Of a stretch of DNA of 64,000 nt, positions 27,000 through 37,568 are shown one piece after another (position 1 is the stretch's first letter; each line of letters starts with the position of its first letter). The notes beneath the pieces are model-generated. The model was not told the DNA's origin. It did no database searches and saw only the letters and a program-made list of their open reading frames with translations. Where the stretch lies: NCBI GenBank assembly GCA_015486845.1, contig WFQU01000129.1:3955-67954 (forward strand). The letters are read 5' to 3'. Position numbers and translations under genes: made by a program. This DNA is from Anaerolineae bacterium. Lineage in GTDB: Bacteria > Chloroflexota > Anaerolineae > JAADDB01.

Positions 27000-28358
27000 A
27001 TGCGTGCCGTTTATGCTGTTTCCGGTGGGGTAAGCAAGTTTGCCAAGGCTCGCCCGGACAAAACGTTTCCGGCCTTGGTCAAAGAAGCGTACGATTACAT
27101 GCTGGCCGACGTCGGCCTGGAACATCCGCAGTTCTATGAACTGGTGGACGGATCGGTCGTCTCCTACTTTTCCGATCATTTCGCCCGCCAGTTGATGGCC
27201 GGTATCATGGTGCAGGACTATTTAGGGTTGCTACCTAAACCATCGCATCGAGTAGAAGGCGGCGGTGCTACCGGCGGCATCTGTTTCCAGGAGGCGTACA
27301 AATCGGTGGCTTCCGGCGACATGGATGTGGCGCTGGCCATGGGTTTCGAGAGTATGTCTCACGTGAATACCTGGAAAGGCAACGAGTTTATCGCCTTGGC
27401 GTCGGACACCAGCTTTGATTATCCAGTAGGGGGCTTTTATTCTGGTTATTACGCCATGATGGTTACCCGACACATGAAAGAATTTGGCACTACGGTGGAA
27501 CAATTGGCCCACGTGTCGGTGAAAAATCACATGAACGCTTATTACAATCCCTATTCCCAGAAACGCCGCAAATTGACCATCCAAGACGTGCGCGATGCGC
27601 CCATGGTGGCTTGGCCGCTGACCCGTCTGGATATTTGTGTGATGAGCGACGGGGCGGCGGTGGTGCTTTTGGCCAGCGAGGACGGGTTGGCCAAATTGGA
27701 GAAGGCAGCCGGTCGACGCTTGCCCCACGTGAAAGTGGCAGCCATTGGCCGGGGCACCGATGCCATGCGCATGGCCGATCGTCCCCATCAGTCGTATGAC
27801 GATTTTTACCGCTACAACGCTCTGCCCAACGAAATGGACGCCGATTCCAAAGCGTATTACAAAGCGTTGTGGGAAAAAGGGTTCCGCTATCCCGGCGTGC
27901 ATTCATTCCGGGCAGGACGCATGGCCTCCAAGCAAGCCTACCAGCGCGCCGGCATCACCAGGCCGGCCCAAGAGATCGATTTCGTCGAGTTGCACGATGC
28001 TTATACCAGCTCCGAAATTCAAACCTATGAAGACATGGGGCTCTGCCGTTATGGTGAAGGTGGCCCATTTGCTGCTTCCGGCAAAGCGTTTCTGCCTAAT
28101 GTGGATTACGGCTTGGATTTGCCGGAACCATCGCAAGTGCCGGTCAATCCCTCCGGCGGGTTGATTGCTTGCGGCCATCCGGTGGGGGCTACAGGCCTAA
28201 TGCAAGCGGTCTTTGCCATCTGGCAACTACAACATCGCATTAAAGACCATTTCGGTAACGATACGCTGCAAGTGCCTCATGCTAAGCGGGGTGCGATTCA
28301 TTCCCACGCCGGCACCGGCACTTACGTTACAGTCAGTATCCTTGAGCGCGAAGCATAA
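27000..28358 (+). CDS. Thiolase-like protein (SCP-x/archaeal-type acetyl-CoA C-acyltransferase family)
   Basis: 452 aa with the thiolase fold pattern and the C-terminal GHPVGATG motif. It pairs with a downstream DUF35 gene, as is typical for this family. Confidence 0.75.
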   Translation: MRAVYAVSGGVSKFAKARPDKTFPALVKEAYDYMLADVGLEHPQFYELVDGSVVSYFSDHFARQLMAGIMVQDYLGLLPKPSHRVEGGGATGGICFQEAYKSVASGDMDVALAMGFESMSHVNTWKGNEFIALASDTSFDYPVGGFYSGYYAMMVTRHMKEFGTTVEQLAHVSVKNHMNAYYNPYSQKRRKLTIQDVRDAPMVAWPLTRLDICVMSDGAAVVLLASEDGLAKLEKAAGRRLPHVKVAAIGRGTDAMRMADRPHQSYDDFYRYNALPNEMDADSKAYYKALWEKGFRYPGVHSFRAGRMASKQAYQRAGITRPAQEIDFVELHDAYTSSEIQTYEDMGLCRYGEGGPFAASGKAFLPNVDYGLDLPEPSQVPVNPSGGLIACGHPVGATGLMQAVFAIWQLQHRIKDHFGNDTLQVPHAKRGAIHSHAGTGTYVTVSILEREA

Positions 28359-28371
28359 AAAGGAGGTTTCC

Positions 28372-28932
28372 ATGACCGAGAATAAGAAAACGATCAAAAC
28401 GAAAATGGAAGAAACCGAGGACGGCAGCGTTCTTTTTAATGTGCCCTTTCCCACGGAATTAACGGAGGAAACGTTAGCCAGCCTCAAGAAAATGGGCCCG
28501 ATACTGGTCAAAGATCCTTATGCCATCACCTATTTGCATTCCTATGGGCAGGACTCGCCCTGGTTCGCCGGATTGAGCAACAAAGTGCTTTTAGGCTCCC
28601 GAGATCCGGAAACAGGCTACACCTATGCGACGCCGCGCGGCCATGCTATGCACACAGGTCAAGAAACGGATTGGATCGTACTGCCTCAAGAAGGGAAGAT
28701 TCACACATTTACCGTCTGTCATTTCGGCTCGGAGACCTTTTTGCCGGAAACCCCTTACATCCTGGTACAAGTGGAATTTGAGGGCGCTGACACATTGCTG
28801 TTAGGGCGTCTCATCGGCCTGGATCCGAACGAAGCCAGTTTAGACTGGATTGGCATGAAAGTGCAAGCGAAGTTCCGCCGCTTGAGTAAGTTCAAGCCGA
28901 CGGATGTCTATTTTGTGCCAACCGAAGGGTAG
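28372..28932 (+). CDS. DUF35 OB-fold protein, the usual partner of SCP-x-type thiolases
   Basis: The start MTENKK follows an AGGAGG ribosome-binding site. The size and OB-fold pattern match DUF35, but the N-terminal rubredoxin-like Cys4 motif is not apparent. Confidence 0.6.
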   Translation: MTENKKTIKTKMEETEDGSVLFNVPFPTELTEETLASLKKMGPILVKDPYAITYLHSYGQDSPWFAGLSNKVLLGSRDPETGYTYATPRGHAMHTGQETDWIVLPQEGKIHTFTVCHFGSETFLPETPYILVQVEFEGADTLLLGRLIGLDPNEASLDWIGMKVQAKFRRLSKFKPTDVYFVPTEG

Positions 28933-29202
28933 TAATCGACAAAGCAGCTAAACGCTCTAAAATGGGTGCCGCAACGCCATGGATGGCGATAGTTTTATAC
29001 GATTGAAGCAATAAGTTCTATTGAAAGAGCCTTTACCGCAGAGAACGCAAGTGCACAGAGACGAAGGCAATAGGGTTGCAACAGGATTTTTCTCTATACC
29101 CCTTACTTTTTCTCAGCTTTCTCAGCGATCCCTGCGGTTTAACGGCTTTTTTAGGGGGCTACAAGAACTTTCCGCACAGATTTGCGAGATGATACGCGCA
29201 AT

Positions 29203-29231
29203 TTGACATAATTTCGAAATGTTGCTAAAGT
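29203..29231 (+). promoter_or_regulatory. Sigma-70-type promoter (TTGACA, 17 nt spacer, TAAAGT) driving cspA with a leader of about 110 nt
   Basis: Perfect -35 hexamer. The long 5'UTR is typical of cold-shock genes. Confidence 0.5.
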
Positions 29232-29340
29232 GTAAGCGTTGGCAGTAGTCGTTCTTTATTCAGCAAGACAGCAATTATTGCAGCACTGGTATCAGAACGC
29301 CCTGTCTTAACGTACTTTCGAGGAAAGGAGGATATTCACC

Positions 29341-29553
29341 ATGGGAGAACGCGAAACCGGAACCGTTAAGTGGTTTAATGCGACTAAAGGTTATGGCTTC
29401 ATCGCTCGCGATGACGAGTCGGACATCTTTGTCCATTACAGCGCCATTCAGGGCTCAGGATACCGCTCATTAGAGGAAGGCCAAAAGGTCGAATTTACGG
29501 TTGCTCAAGGCCCCAAAGGTCTACAGGCACAGGACGTTGTTGTTGTTGGCTAA
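29341..29553 (+). CDS. cspA: Cold-shock protein (CspA family)
   Basis: RNP1/RNP2 motifs (KGYGFI, VFVHY). 70 aa. Confidence 0.9.
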   Translation: MGERETGTVKWFNATKGYGFIARDDESDIFVHYSAIQGSGYRSLEEGQKVEFTVAQGPKGLQAQDVVVVG

Positions 29554-29663
29554 ATAGTTTTCATAGAAAAAGCAAGGTCACATTTCCTAACGTTGTATAG
29601 GATTTTCTACCTCGCCAAATAGGGCGGCACTAAACTTTGTTTGGTAACGCCAATTTGTAATAA

Positions 29664-29712
29664 GCCGCCGACAGCGCCACTGCACGTCTGTCGGCGGTTA
29701 TGTTTTCTCTGC
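29664..29712 (+). terminator. Intrinsic terminator (GCCGCCGACAG...CTGTCGGCGG followed by TTATGTTTTCTCT)
   Basis: Stem of about 11 bp followed by a T-rich tract, after cspA. Confidence 0.6.
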
Positions 29713-29727
29713 GGAGAACCATGCCAA

Positions 29728-30894
29728 TTATACAACGTTAAACTCTGCCGTTAAATCTTCCCCAGTCAAAAATCGATCATAACGAAATGGATCGATACCC
29801 ACCGTGTGCGCCTGTCCATCCAAAATTTCCTCGGCCATGAGTAGACCGATAACTGGCCCGTGCATAAAGCCGTGGCCGCTAAATCCCGCCGCGGTGTAAA
29901 ATCCAGCCACGCCGGGAATCGCTCCCATAATGGCTTGGGCGTCCGGTGTGACTTCGTACAGTCCGGCCCAATGCGCCAGCAAGCCGGCTTGTTCCAACAA
30001 CGGTAGCCGGTAAATCGCCTCTTCCATGTGCCGCAACTCCCAATCTTCGTCCACTTTGAGCTTGAAGCCGGGGGTTTCGTCGTGATTCGATTTGCCCGTC
30101 AAAATTCCTTTCCCTTCCGGGTGGAAATAAAGTGCCTCTTTGAAGAAAAGCACGAAAGGAAAGTCGGGGCGCAAGGAGGGCAACGGCGTTGTGACCACAA
30201 TTTGTCGCCGGATGGGTTGGATCGGCAACTGGACCTCCACCATGGCAGCAATTTGTGGTGCCCAGGCGCCACAAGCATTGACGACAATTGGTGTGGCAAT
30301 GCGGCCCTGATTCGTTTGCACGGCAGTGATAGCGCCTTGATTTCGCTCAATGCCGGTGACTTCCACATTGTTGAGCAGTTTTGCGCCCAGCCGCCGGGCA
30401 TTCTTCGCGTAGCCCGCCACCACGCTGGACGGATCGGCCAGGCCATCGCCGTCATAAAATGTGCCGGCCAACGCCCCATCCACATTGACCTGAGGCACTA
30501 ACGCTTTAATCTCTGCCGGCTCCAGCCACTGTGTCATGATGCCATGGCGATGCTGTAAACGTACATTCTCTCGAAATGGCTCGATATCGGCTGGATCAGT
30601 AAGCACAAAAAGATAACCGACCCAACGCAAGTCGATCTCCTGATCCATCTCTTCCGCAAACCGATCCAACATCTGCAAACTGACTTTAGAAAGCTCAATA
30701 TTGATAGCGGAAGAAAACTGATGGCGGATACCACCAGCACATTGCCCAGTGGACATGCTACCTAAAAAGGGTTCTTTCTCCAATAGAACGACATCTTTCA
30801 CACCCCGCTGCGCTAAGTGATAAGCAATGCTGCACCCCATCACGCCACCGCCGATCACAACGACATCTGCTGTCTTGGGCAATTCGGAACTCAT
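29728..30894 (-). CDS. FAD-dependent oxidoreductase (DadA/glycine-oxidase/sarcosine-oxidase-beta family)
   Basis: Start MSSELPKTADVVVIGGGVMGCSIAYHLA (GxGxxG). Its start overlaps the stop of the upstream ornithine cyclodeaminase-like gene by 4 nt. Confidence 0.8.
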   Translation of the reverse strand: MSSELPKTADVVVIGGGVMGCSIAYHLAQRGVKDVVLLEKEPFLGSMSTGQCAGGIRHQFSSAINIELSKVSLQMLDRFAEEMDQEIDLRWVGYLFVLTDPADIEPFRENVRLQHRHGIMTQWLEPAEIKALVPQVNVDGALAGTFYDGDGLADPSSVVAGYAKNARRLGAKLLNNVEVTGIERNQGAITAVQTNQGRIATPIVVNACGAWAPQIAAMVEVQLPIQPIRRQIVVTTPLPSLRPDFPFVLFFKEALYFHPEGKGILTGKSNHDETPGFKLKVDEDWELRHMEEAIYRLPLLEQAGLLAHWAGLYEVTPDAQAIMGAIPGVAGFYTAAGFSGHGFMHGPVIGLLMAEEILDGQAHTVGIDPFRYDRFLTGEDLTAEFNVV

Positions 30895-31868
30895 AACCTG
30901 AATACCTCCCCTTTCCCTTCTGCTAATGCTCCTTGATAAGCCAACTGTGCCGTAACGACATCTTGCGCTGCCACACCGACGGACTTGAAGAAAGTAATTT
31001 CCGTCGGCGAACGCCGTCCAGGGGAAGTTCCTGCCACAACGGCGCCGATTTCTGTCCACAACGATTGATCCGTAGCGCCGGCCGCCGCGGCTTGAATGAG
31101 GTCGCCGGCCTCAGCTAACGCCGCCGACACAGAATCCACGAAAACGCGGGCGTCCGATAGTCCCGGCAGATCGATTTCACACATCGCAGGCGTATACGCG
31201 CCAATGCCATTGATATGTGCGCCGGGCTTGACCGCCGCGGCCGGGAAAACCGGCCGTGTGGAAGTTGTAACAGTTGTAATCACGTCCGCACCGGCCACGG
31301 CCTGGGCTGGTGTTTGAGCAGCCACAAAACACACCGCGGGGAATTGGGAAGCCATGCGGTCTACTAATTTGGGGGCGGCATCAGGTCGTAAATCGAAGAT
31401 GCGCACTTCGCGGAGGGGACGCACGGTCAGCACAGCCCGAATCTGTTGTTCCGATTGCCCTCCAGCGCCGAAAATAGCCAAAATGGAGGCCTCCGGTCGA
31501 GCCAAATAGTGTGTAGCCACGCCACTGGCTGCACCAGTGCGTACAGCGGTGAGGAAGCCGCCTTCCATGAGCGCCAACGGCCGACCGCTGTCCGCTTCCA
31601 CGAGAATCACTAAAGCGTGAATCGTTGGCAAGTGCTTAGCCGCGTTGCCGCTAAAGACAGAAACGAGCTTGACGGCCAACGCGTCGCTTTCTACTAAATA
31701 ACCCGGCATGATTAAGAAATCGCCGCCATTGGCCGGCAAATTCAGTCGCTGCGGTAGTCGAGCTTTACCCTGACTGACCTGCCGGTAAGCAGCGGCCACA
31801 GCCGGGATGACCTTCTCCATGGGTAACAATTCTTGCAATGACTGGCGATTCAGCAACAACAGCTCCAC
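30891..31868 (-). CDS. Ornithine cyclodeaminase / mu-crystallin family protein
   Basis: 325 aa with the OCD/mu-crystallin Rossmann pattern (ILAIFGAGGQSEQQIRAV...). Confidence 0.8.
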   Translation of the reverse strand: MELLLLNRQSLQELLPMEKVIPAVAAAYRQVSQGKARLPQRLNLPANGGDFLIMPGYLVESDALAVKLVSVFSGNAAKHLPTIHALVILVEADSGRPLALMEGGFLTAVRTGAASGVATHYLARPEASILAIFGAGGQSEQQIRAVLTVRPLREVRIFDLRPDAAPKLVDRMASQFPAVCFVAAQTPAQAVAGADVITTVTTSTRPVFPAAAVKPGAHINGIGAYTPAMCEIDLPGLSDARVFVDSVSAALAEAGDLIQAAAAGATDQSLWTEIGAVVAGTSPGRRSPTEITFFKSVGVAAQDVVTAQLAYQGALAEGKGEVFRL

Positions 31869-32190
31869 TTCTCGCCTCCTTCGAAAATAGAACCCTGATG
31901 TGCGCTGATCCTATTCATTCGCAGCGCTGTGCCGACCTACGTTGCCGTTTTAGTGACCACACAGGTAGTCGCTTGGCGGTGAGCGCAGCGAGCCGTCCTT
32001 TCGGCATGGCTTTAGCCGACATGCCCGGGGCCAAAAGCCGCCGGGCTACATCAAGTTCAAGCCCGCTCAAGCGGGCTGCTTCACCCCAGCCCCCTTCAGG
32101 AGGCACCTCATCATGTAGCACGGAGCTTTGAGCTCCGTGTGCGCCCCGAAAAACAGCTTCATAGAACTGCGTAGTTTGACGCTGACAATT

Positions 32191-33186
32191 TTACCTCTTA
32201 GCTTTGCCTCGCCGCAAATCACGAAGCTCTTGGAAAAGCTTTCTCTCAGCCGGCGTTAGTTTATCAGGCAATTGTACGTTGACTGTAACCAGCAAGTCGC
32301 CGTGTTTCTTCGGATCATGCAGGTCCGGCATGCCCTTGCCGCGCAGTCGGAACACCTTACCATTATTAGTGCCCGGCGGGATAGAAAGCATAATCGGCTT
32401 TTCCATGGTGGGCACTTGCACCTCGCCGCCTAAAATGACGGTGTAGAGGTCTACCGGCACGCTGGTATGCAGGTTGTTGCCATGTCTGCTGAACCGAGGG
32501 TGAGGCCGCACCCGGATTTTCAGGTACAAATCGCCGGCAGGTCCTCCTGCCCTGCCCGGCACGCCTTCGCCGCGAATGCGCACTTTAGAGCCAGTTCTCA
32601 CGCCAGGAGGGATATTGACCATAACGCTACTGCCATTAGCCCGGCGTAATTGCCGTGTAGTGCCCCGATAGGCCTCCTCCAACATAATCTCCACAGGTTG
32701 TTCGATATCGCGCCCTTTCACAGGGCGTTGAGCATAACGAACGCCACCGGGCCCCGGTCGGGCGCCCGACCGTGCCCCGGGTCGTGTTCCTCCCATATTG
32801 CCAAAAATTGTCTGGAAGAAATCAGAAAAGCCCCCGCTGCCACCAAACAGATCGCCAATATCGCCGATATTGCCGTATTCCACGTGCACGCCGCCCGGCC
32901 GGCCAGGTTGACCACTGGCCCATTGGCCCCAATCGAATCCGCCGGGGGCGCCACTCTGTTGATATTGTTTCCACTGGGCACCCAATGTGTCGTACTTCTT
33001 CCGCTTTTCAGTATCGGAGAGCACTTCATGCGCTTCGTTGATCTCTTTGAATTTCCTCTCCGCGTCCGGGCTTTTGTTCACATCAGGGTGATATTTGCGG
33101 GCTAAACGACGAAACGCCTGCTTAATTTCTTCTTGTGAGGCGGTGCGTTTGACCCCTAATATTTTATAATAGTCTTTATACTCCAT
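32191..33186 (-). CDS. DnaJ-class co-chaperone without a zinc finger (CbpA-like): J domain, G/F-rich region and C-terminal substrate-binding domains
   Basis: [12 protein letters not shown]...HPDVNK J-domain with HPD. 331 aa. No Cys-rich region. Confidence 0.85.
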   Translation of the reverse strand: MEYKDYYKILGVKRTASQEEIKQAFRRLARKYHPDVNKSPDAERKFKEINEAHEVLSDTEKRKKYDTLGAQWKQYQQSGAPGGFDWGQWASGQPGRPGGVHVEYGNIGDIGDLFGGSGGFSDFFQTIFGNMGGTRPGARSGARPGPGGVRYAQRPVKGRDIEQPVEIMLEEAYRGTTRQLRRANGSSVMVNIPPGVRTGSKVRIRGEGVPGRAGGPAGDLYLKIRVRPHPRFSRHGNNLHTSVPVDLYTVILGGEVQVPTMEKPIMLSIPPGTNNGKVFRLRGKGMPDLHDPKKHGDLLVTVNVQLPDKLTPAERKLFQELRDLRRGKAKR

Positions 33187-33497
33187 TATCGTCGTTCTCC
33201 TTTATCCTTTGCCTTTTATAGTTTACCCCCATAATAGCTAAAACGCAATCAAAAATATATCGGAAATTTATCTGTTTTCTGTCTGAAATAGTGATCCGGC
33301 CGGCGTTAAGGCTGGTGCTGGGATGAGGAGAAGTTCATAGCGGAATCATCTATCGGAGCTTCTGAGGCGCAAAGCCTCGGTCTGTGTGTTAACAAGCCCC
33401 CCGAGGTGGGCTGGCATTGTTCCGAATTGTGGACTGTTTTTTCTCCGCGTTCTTACGTCTCCGCGTCGAAATTTGTGGCGTCTGGAAGTCACGCTGC

Positions 33498-34688
33498 TCA
33501 GCCGGCCACATCCATGATAATTTGGGCATATGCGTGTACTGCTTGTACGACATCGCTGAGATGGACATGTTCACGTACTGTATAAATTAGTTCCTCTTTG
33601 CCGGGCCCAAATCCCACCGTCGGGATGCCTCTTTCCCCCACCAAATACGTGCCGTCCGTGGAATAAGCCCAGGTGCGCAACTGTGGCCGGTATCCTAAAG
33701 CGCGTTCCACGCTGTGCATGACACGCCGCAAAAAAGGATCTTCTTTAGGGAGAAGCCAGGCTGGATAACTACTACGACCACCGGTCCTATAGCCGGTATA
33801 AGTCGTCATCTGGTATTCGTGCACTTTGATTTCCGCTCCTACCTGCTCGCGCAGCAACATGCCTTCCAGCTCAGAAATAGCCCGGGCTTCTGTTTCACCT
33901 ATCGTCAAGCGGCGGTCTACGATCAACGTACAACGGTCCGGGATTGCGTTACGGCTGGGGGTGTGCACCATCAAATCAGTAACGGTAATGCCACCGGCAC
34001 CTAAAACGGAATCAGAGGGCAAAGAGGTAGCTAATAACTCTATACCAAAAATGGCCCGGGCCGCCGCAGAAAGCGCGTTAACCCCCGTTTGCGGGCTCGC
34101 CGCATGTGCGGATTGCCCTTTCGTGGTAACATGCAACTCTAACCGCCCCCGATGGCCCCGATGAACCTGCAAATTCGTGGGATTGCCCAACAAGACCATA
34201 TCCGGCTGCAAATTCGCGTCGGCTAACGCTGCTTGAATGCCTTTTCCTTCATGTTTACCCCCGTCCACGACAGCAATGAGATACAAATCACCTTTTATCT
34301 TCCCTAAAAGGCCTTGTTGTTGCAATAATGCCACGGCGTAGACCATAGCTGCTAAGCCGCTTTTGCAATTCGCGCTGCCCCAGCCGTAAATTTTGTCGTT
34401 GTTGATCGTGCCGGGAGAAAACATCTCATGTTGTGTGCCGCTTTCCAAGCCATTGCCGATGGCGTCCATGTGAGCATCGAAAACGAGAAACGGACCATGT
34501 CCTTGGCCTATGTGTCCTATGACATTTCCAGCAACATCTTGCCAAACTTGCAAAAATCCGGCAGCATGCATTTCGGTCATCAACCGTTTTGCCAGCGCAC
34601 CTTCCTGCCCGGGCGGGGACGGAATGCGTATCAACTCTTGTAAGAATCCGATCAGTTTGTGCTCTTGTTGTCGAGTCAACTGCGACAC
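33498..34688 (-). CDS. M20-family metallopeptidase (ArgE/DapE/acetylornithine deacetylase-like)
   Basis: M20 pattern (DAHMDAIGNG..., DGGKHEGKG). 396 aa. Confidence 0.8.
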   Translation of the reverse strand: MSQLTRQQEHKLIGFLQELIRIPSPPGQEGALAKRLMTEMHAAGFLQVWQDVAGNVIGHIGQGHGPFLVFDAHMDAIGNGLESGTQHEMFSPGTINNDKIYGWGSANCKSGLAAMVYAVALLQQQGLLGKIKGDLYLIAVVDGGKHEGKGIQAALADANLQPDMVLLGNPTNLQVHRGHRGRLELHVTTKGQSAHAASPQTGVNALSAAARAIFGIELLATSLPSDSVLGAGGITVTDLMVHTPSRNAIPDRCTLIVDRRLTIGETEARAISELEGMLLREQVGAEIKVHEYQMTTYTGYRTGGRSSYPAWLLPKEDPFLRRVMHSVERALGYRPQLRTWAYSTDGTYLVGERGIPTVGFGPGKEELIYTVREHVHLSDVVQAVHAYAQIIMDVAG

Positions 34689-34852
34689 GACTCGCCTCCA
34701 TCTCTATCGATCAGAACATTTAGCGGCTGAATGCGCAGGAACCTCTGCGACATAAATCTCCATCAGTTCAATCTTGCGTCAGCCCGCGTCGACTTCGCAA
34801 AAGTTAGCACGCCTTAACGGCCGGCCGCAGGCCGTCTCAGCAGATTATCCCT

Positions 34853-36295
34853 TCAATATGCGCCTTCGCCCACAATCACCTTGGGGATCGTGCGCAGCAA
34901 AATAGAGATATCCAGCCCCACAGACCAATTCTCGGCGTAATAAATATCCAGCAAAACCATTTCGTCGAAAGTCAAATGGCTGCGCCCACTCACCTGCCAG
35001 AGACCGGTTAGGCCGGGAAGCACGTCCAGCCGTTTACGATGCCAATCGCTATACGCTTCCACCTCACGCGGCAGGGCAGGACGAGGTCCCACCAAGCTCA
35101 TATTGCCCTGTATAACGTTGATCAATTGGGGCAGCTCATCCAAGCTCAACCGGCGCAAAATCTTGCCCACCCGTGTAATACGCGGGTCATCACGCATTTT
35201 GAAAAGGGGCCCATCCGCTTCGTTATAACGTTCTAAGTCCGGCAATTGTTCCTCAGCATCGTCGACCATGGAACGGAATTTCCAAACTGCGAAAGGTATT
35301 CCTCCTTTGCCGATACGCTCTTGGCGAAACAATGCCGGGCCGCGGCTATCCAATTTGATGGATAAAACAATAAGCAGCCACAACGGGGCCAGCAGAATAA
35401 GCATGAACATACCTAATAGCAAATCCATAGTTCTCTTGACCGTCAAATTCCAGCCGGCAATGCGTATTTCTTTCATGCCAATGATCGGTAGCCCGTTTAG
35501 TTGTTCAATCATAACATTTGTCAGGCGCAGTTGAAAGAAATCGGGCACGATATAAGCGCGTACCCCGGCGTGCTGGCTCTGGGCCAAGACGCGCATGATT
35601 TGGCGATGGTATTGCCACGGCAAAGTAATAATGACCGAATCGACTAAATTCGCATCAAGAATGCCAGGTAGACAGGCAATATCTCCCATACCCTGAAAAG
35701 GTCCGATGTGTTGGTTCCCTCGCTGCGGATTGTCGTCGATAAAGCCAACAATCTGATAGCCGAGATCCGGGGCTGCTAAAATATTGCGAATCACCGCCCG
35801 CCCCACCTCACCAGCGCCTACCACCACCACGCGTTCCACACCAATGCCGCGATGGCGCAAGTAGCGCAAATACAAGTCTAATAGTATTCGAAAAATCGTC
35901 AAAAAGAGAATAATGAGGAATGCTGCATAAAAGAAAATCAATCGAGAATAAACCAGGGGACGGAAGATGAAAACAATCACCATGCTCAACACGATGCCTG
36001 TCGTTGTGCCGTGTAGTATTACGCGAAAATTATCGGTAGCATGCCGCCCTCGTCGCGGTCGATAAGCGCCATCAGCATAATAACTGAGCATCAAAATGAT
36101 AGTCAGCAAAAAGGCAAACGGGATGTAAGCGCTAAAATGCGAGTAATAGGCAGGATCCAAGGCGCGGAACCACTGATATTCATAGCGTATTTTATAGGAG
36201 AGAAAAAAAGCCAGGTTGATGAGCAAAATATCTCCCAATGCTGTCAACCAAGGCAAAGACGGTAAATACTTTGATGTAGGCGTTTGCGACGTCAT
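34853..36295 (-). CDS. Undecaprenyl-phosphate sugar phosphotransferase (WbaP/exopolysaccharide priming glycosyltransferase)
   Basis: Bacterial sugar-transferase C-terminal domain (KRTMDLLLG...DELPQLINVIQGNMSLVGPRP). Confidence 0.85.
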   Translation of the reverse strand: MTSQTPTSKYLPSLPWLTALGDILLINLAFFLSYKIRYEYQWFRALDPAYYSHFSAYIPFAFLLTIILMLSYYADGAYRPRRGRHATDNFRVILHGTTTGIVLSMVIVFIFRPLVYSRLIFFYAAFLIILFLTIFRILLDLYLRYLRHRGIGVERVVVVGAGEVGRAVIRNILAAPDLGYQIVGFIDDNPQRGNQHIGPFQGMGDIACLPGILDANLVDSVIITLPWQYHRQIMRVLAQSQHAGVRAYIVPDFFQLRLTNVMIEQLNGLPIIGMKEIRIAGWNLTVKRTMDLLLGMFMLILLAPLWLLIVLSIKLDSRGPALFRQERIGKGGIPFAVWKFRSMVDDAEEQLPDLERYNEADGPLFKMRDDPRITRVGKILRRLSLDELPQLINVIQGNMSLVGPRPALPREVEAYSDWHRKRLDVLPGLTGLWQVSGRSHLTFDEMVLLDIYYAENWSVGLDISILLRTIPKVIVGEGAY

Positions 36296-37458
36296 CCCAA
36301 GATCTGCCTGTACACACCGATCGTCTCATGAACTGTGCGCACCCAGGTAAAAGAGAGGCTCTTCTGCCGCCCGGCGTGCGCTAAATGCGCCGCCAACTCA
36401 CGATCGTCCAACAACTGTTGCAATCCGTCGGTCCAAGCATCGGCATCCCGTGGTGGGAGCAAAAGGCCTGCGTCGCCGACAACTTCCGGCAAAGCGGAAG
36501 CATCAGCCGCGACAACCGGCGTACCGCAAGCCATCGCTTCGGCTACTGGCAGCCCAAAGCCTTCATACAAGGACGGATAGGCGAAAAGCGTGGCAGCATT
36601 ATACCAATAAGGAAGTTCCTCATCCGGCAAGAAGCCGGTAAAACGGACTACATTCCCCAGATTCAGCGTCGCCACCAAAGATAAAAGCGCTTTATATCCC
36701 CAACCTTGGGCGCCGGCAAGAATGAGCGGCACATCCTGCACGCCGCTCTGTTGTCGCCATTGTGCATATGCTTTAATCAACGTGGTCACATTTTTGCGCG
36801 GCTGCAACGTGCCCAAATAGAAAATGAAACGTGTCGGCAATCCTTTCTGCCGGCGCCACGTTTCGATTTCTGTTGCTGGCAACGGCTTGAAACGGTCGCT
36901 AATGCCGTTGTAAATAGCGTGAACACGTTCCTCCGGCACACCTAGTAATCGCACGACATCTTGCTTACTGCTTTCCGAAACTGTGATGATAGCGGCGGCC
37001 CGTTGCGCTGATTCTTGTGTGATCCAGCTTAAATAACGGCGTTTCCAGGGTGAAAAGGTCTCCGGGTAGCGCAGGAAACTCAGGTCGTGGATCGTGATGA
37101 CCGTCGGCACTTTGGCGGCTACGGGTGCGGCGAAAGCCAAGCCGTGGTATAAGTCACCTTGCAGTTTCTGGATCACGTGGGTTTGCAAAGTTTGTTCCCA
37201 TAGAATGCGTGGCACAGGATGACGGGTGATCTGAGGCGGGCGGTGCAGTAATATGCCCGGCGGGGGTTGATAAGCCGGATCACTGACGAATGCCCAGAAG
37301 AGCATACCTTTTGCCTCGTGACAAAAGGCTGGCAACAGCGCTAATAATGAGCGGCTGTAACCGCTTATGCCCGCGTTACGATATGTTTTCCCCGATGTCA
37401 ACAAAAGTGCGTTGATAAAAACGCGCTTTCCGATTAATTTTTCGCGTACGTTTACCAT
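36292..37458 (-). CDS. Glycosyltransferase family 4 (GT-B, glycosyl transferase group 1)
   Basis: GT4 C-terminal EGFGLPVAEAMACGTPVV motif. Its start overlaps the stop of the gene at 37569..38570, and it overlaps the downstream gene by 4 nt. Confidence 0.8.
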   Translation of the reverse strand: MVNVREKLIGKRVFINALLLTSGKTYRNAGISGYSRSLLALLPAFCHEAKGMLFWAFVSDPAYQPPPGILLHRPPQITRHPVPRILWEQTLQTHVIQKLQGDLYHGLAFAAPVAAKVPTVITIHDLSFLRYPETFSPWKRRYLSWITQESAQRAAAIITVSESSKQDVVRLLGVPEERVHAIYNGISDRFKPLPATEIETWRRQKGLPTRFIFYLGTLQPRKNVTTLIKAYAQWRQQSGVQDVPLILAGAQGWGYKALLSLVATLNLGNVVRFTGFLPDEELPYWYNAATLFAYPSLYEGFGLPVAEAMACGTPVVAADASALPEVVGDAGLLLPPRDADAWTDGLQQLLDDRELAAHLAHAGRQKSLSFTWVRTVHETIGVYRQILG

Positions 37459-37568
37459 AGTGTTCCCATTATAGCACAAAATTTGTGCGTCCAAAGATTC
37501 AGATGGGTCAAGCATTTGGCGGAGAAGGAAAAGTGGAAATTCGTGCCCCCGAGTGCGGCACCGCGGCG

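Noticed and set aside
22512-28178. Long minus-strand ORFs overlapping fabD, the cDPGS-like gene and the thiolase-like gene (22512..23165, 26222..26809, 27231..27902 and others)
   Set aside because: They are antisense to well-supported genes, with low-complexity Arg/Ala/Pro-rich translations typical of GC-rich antisense frames.
33187-33497. CIRCE/HrcA operator upstream of the DnaJ/CbpA-like gene
   Set aside because: No TTAGCACTC-N9-GAGTGCTAA-like inverted repeat found. Only short unrelated hairpins (for example gaggcgcaaagcctc).
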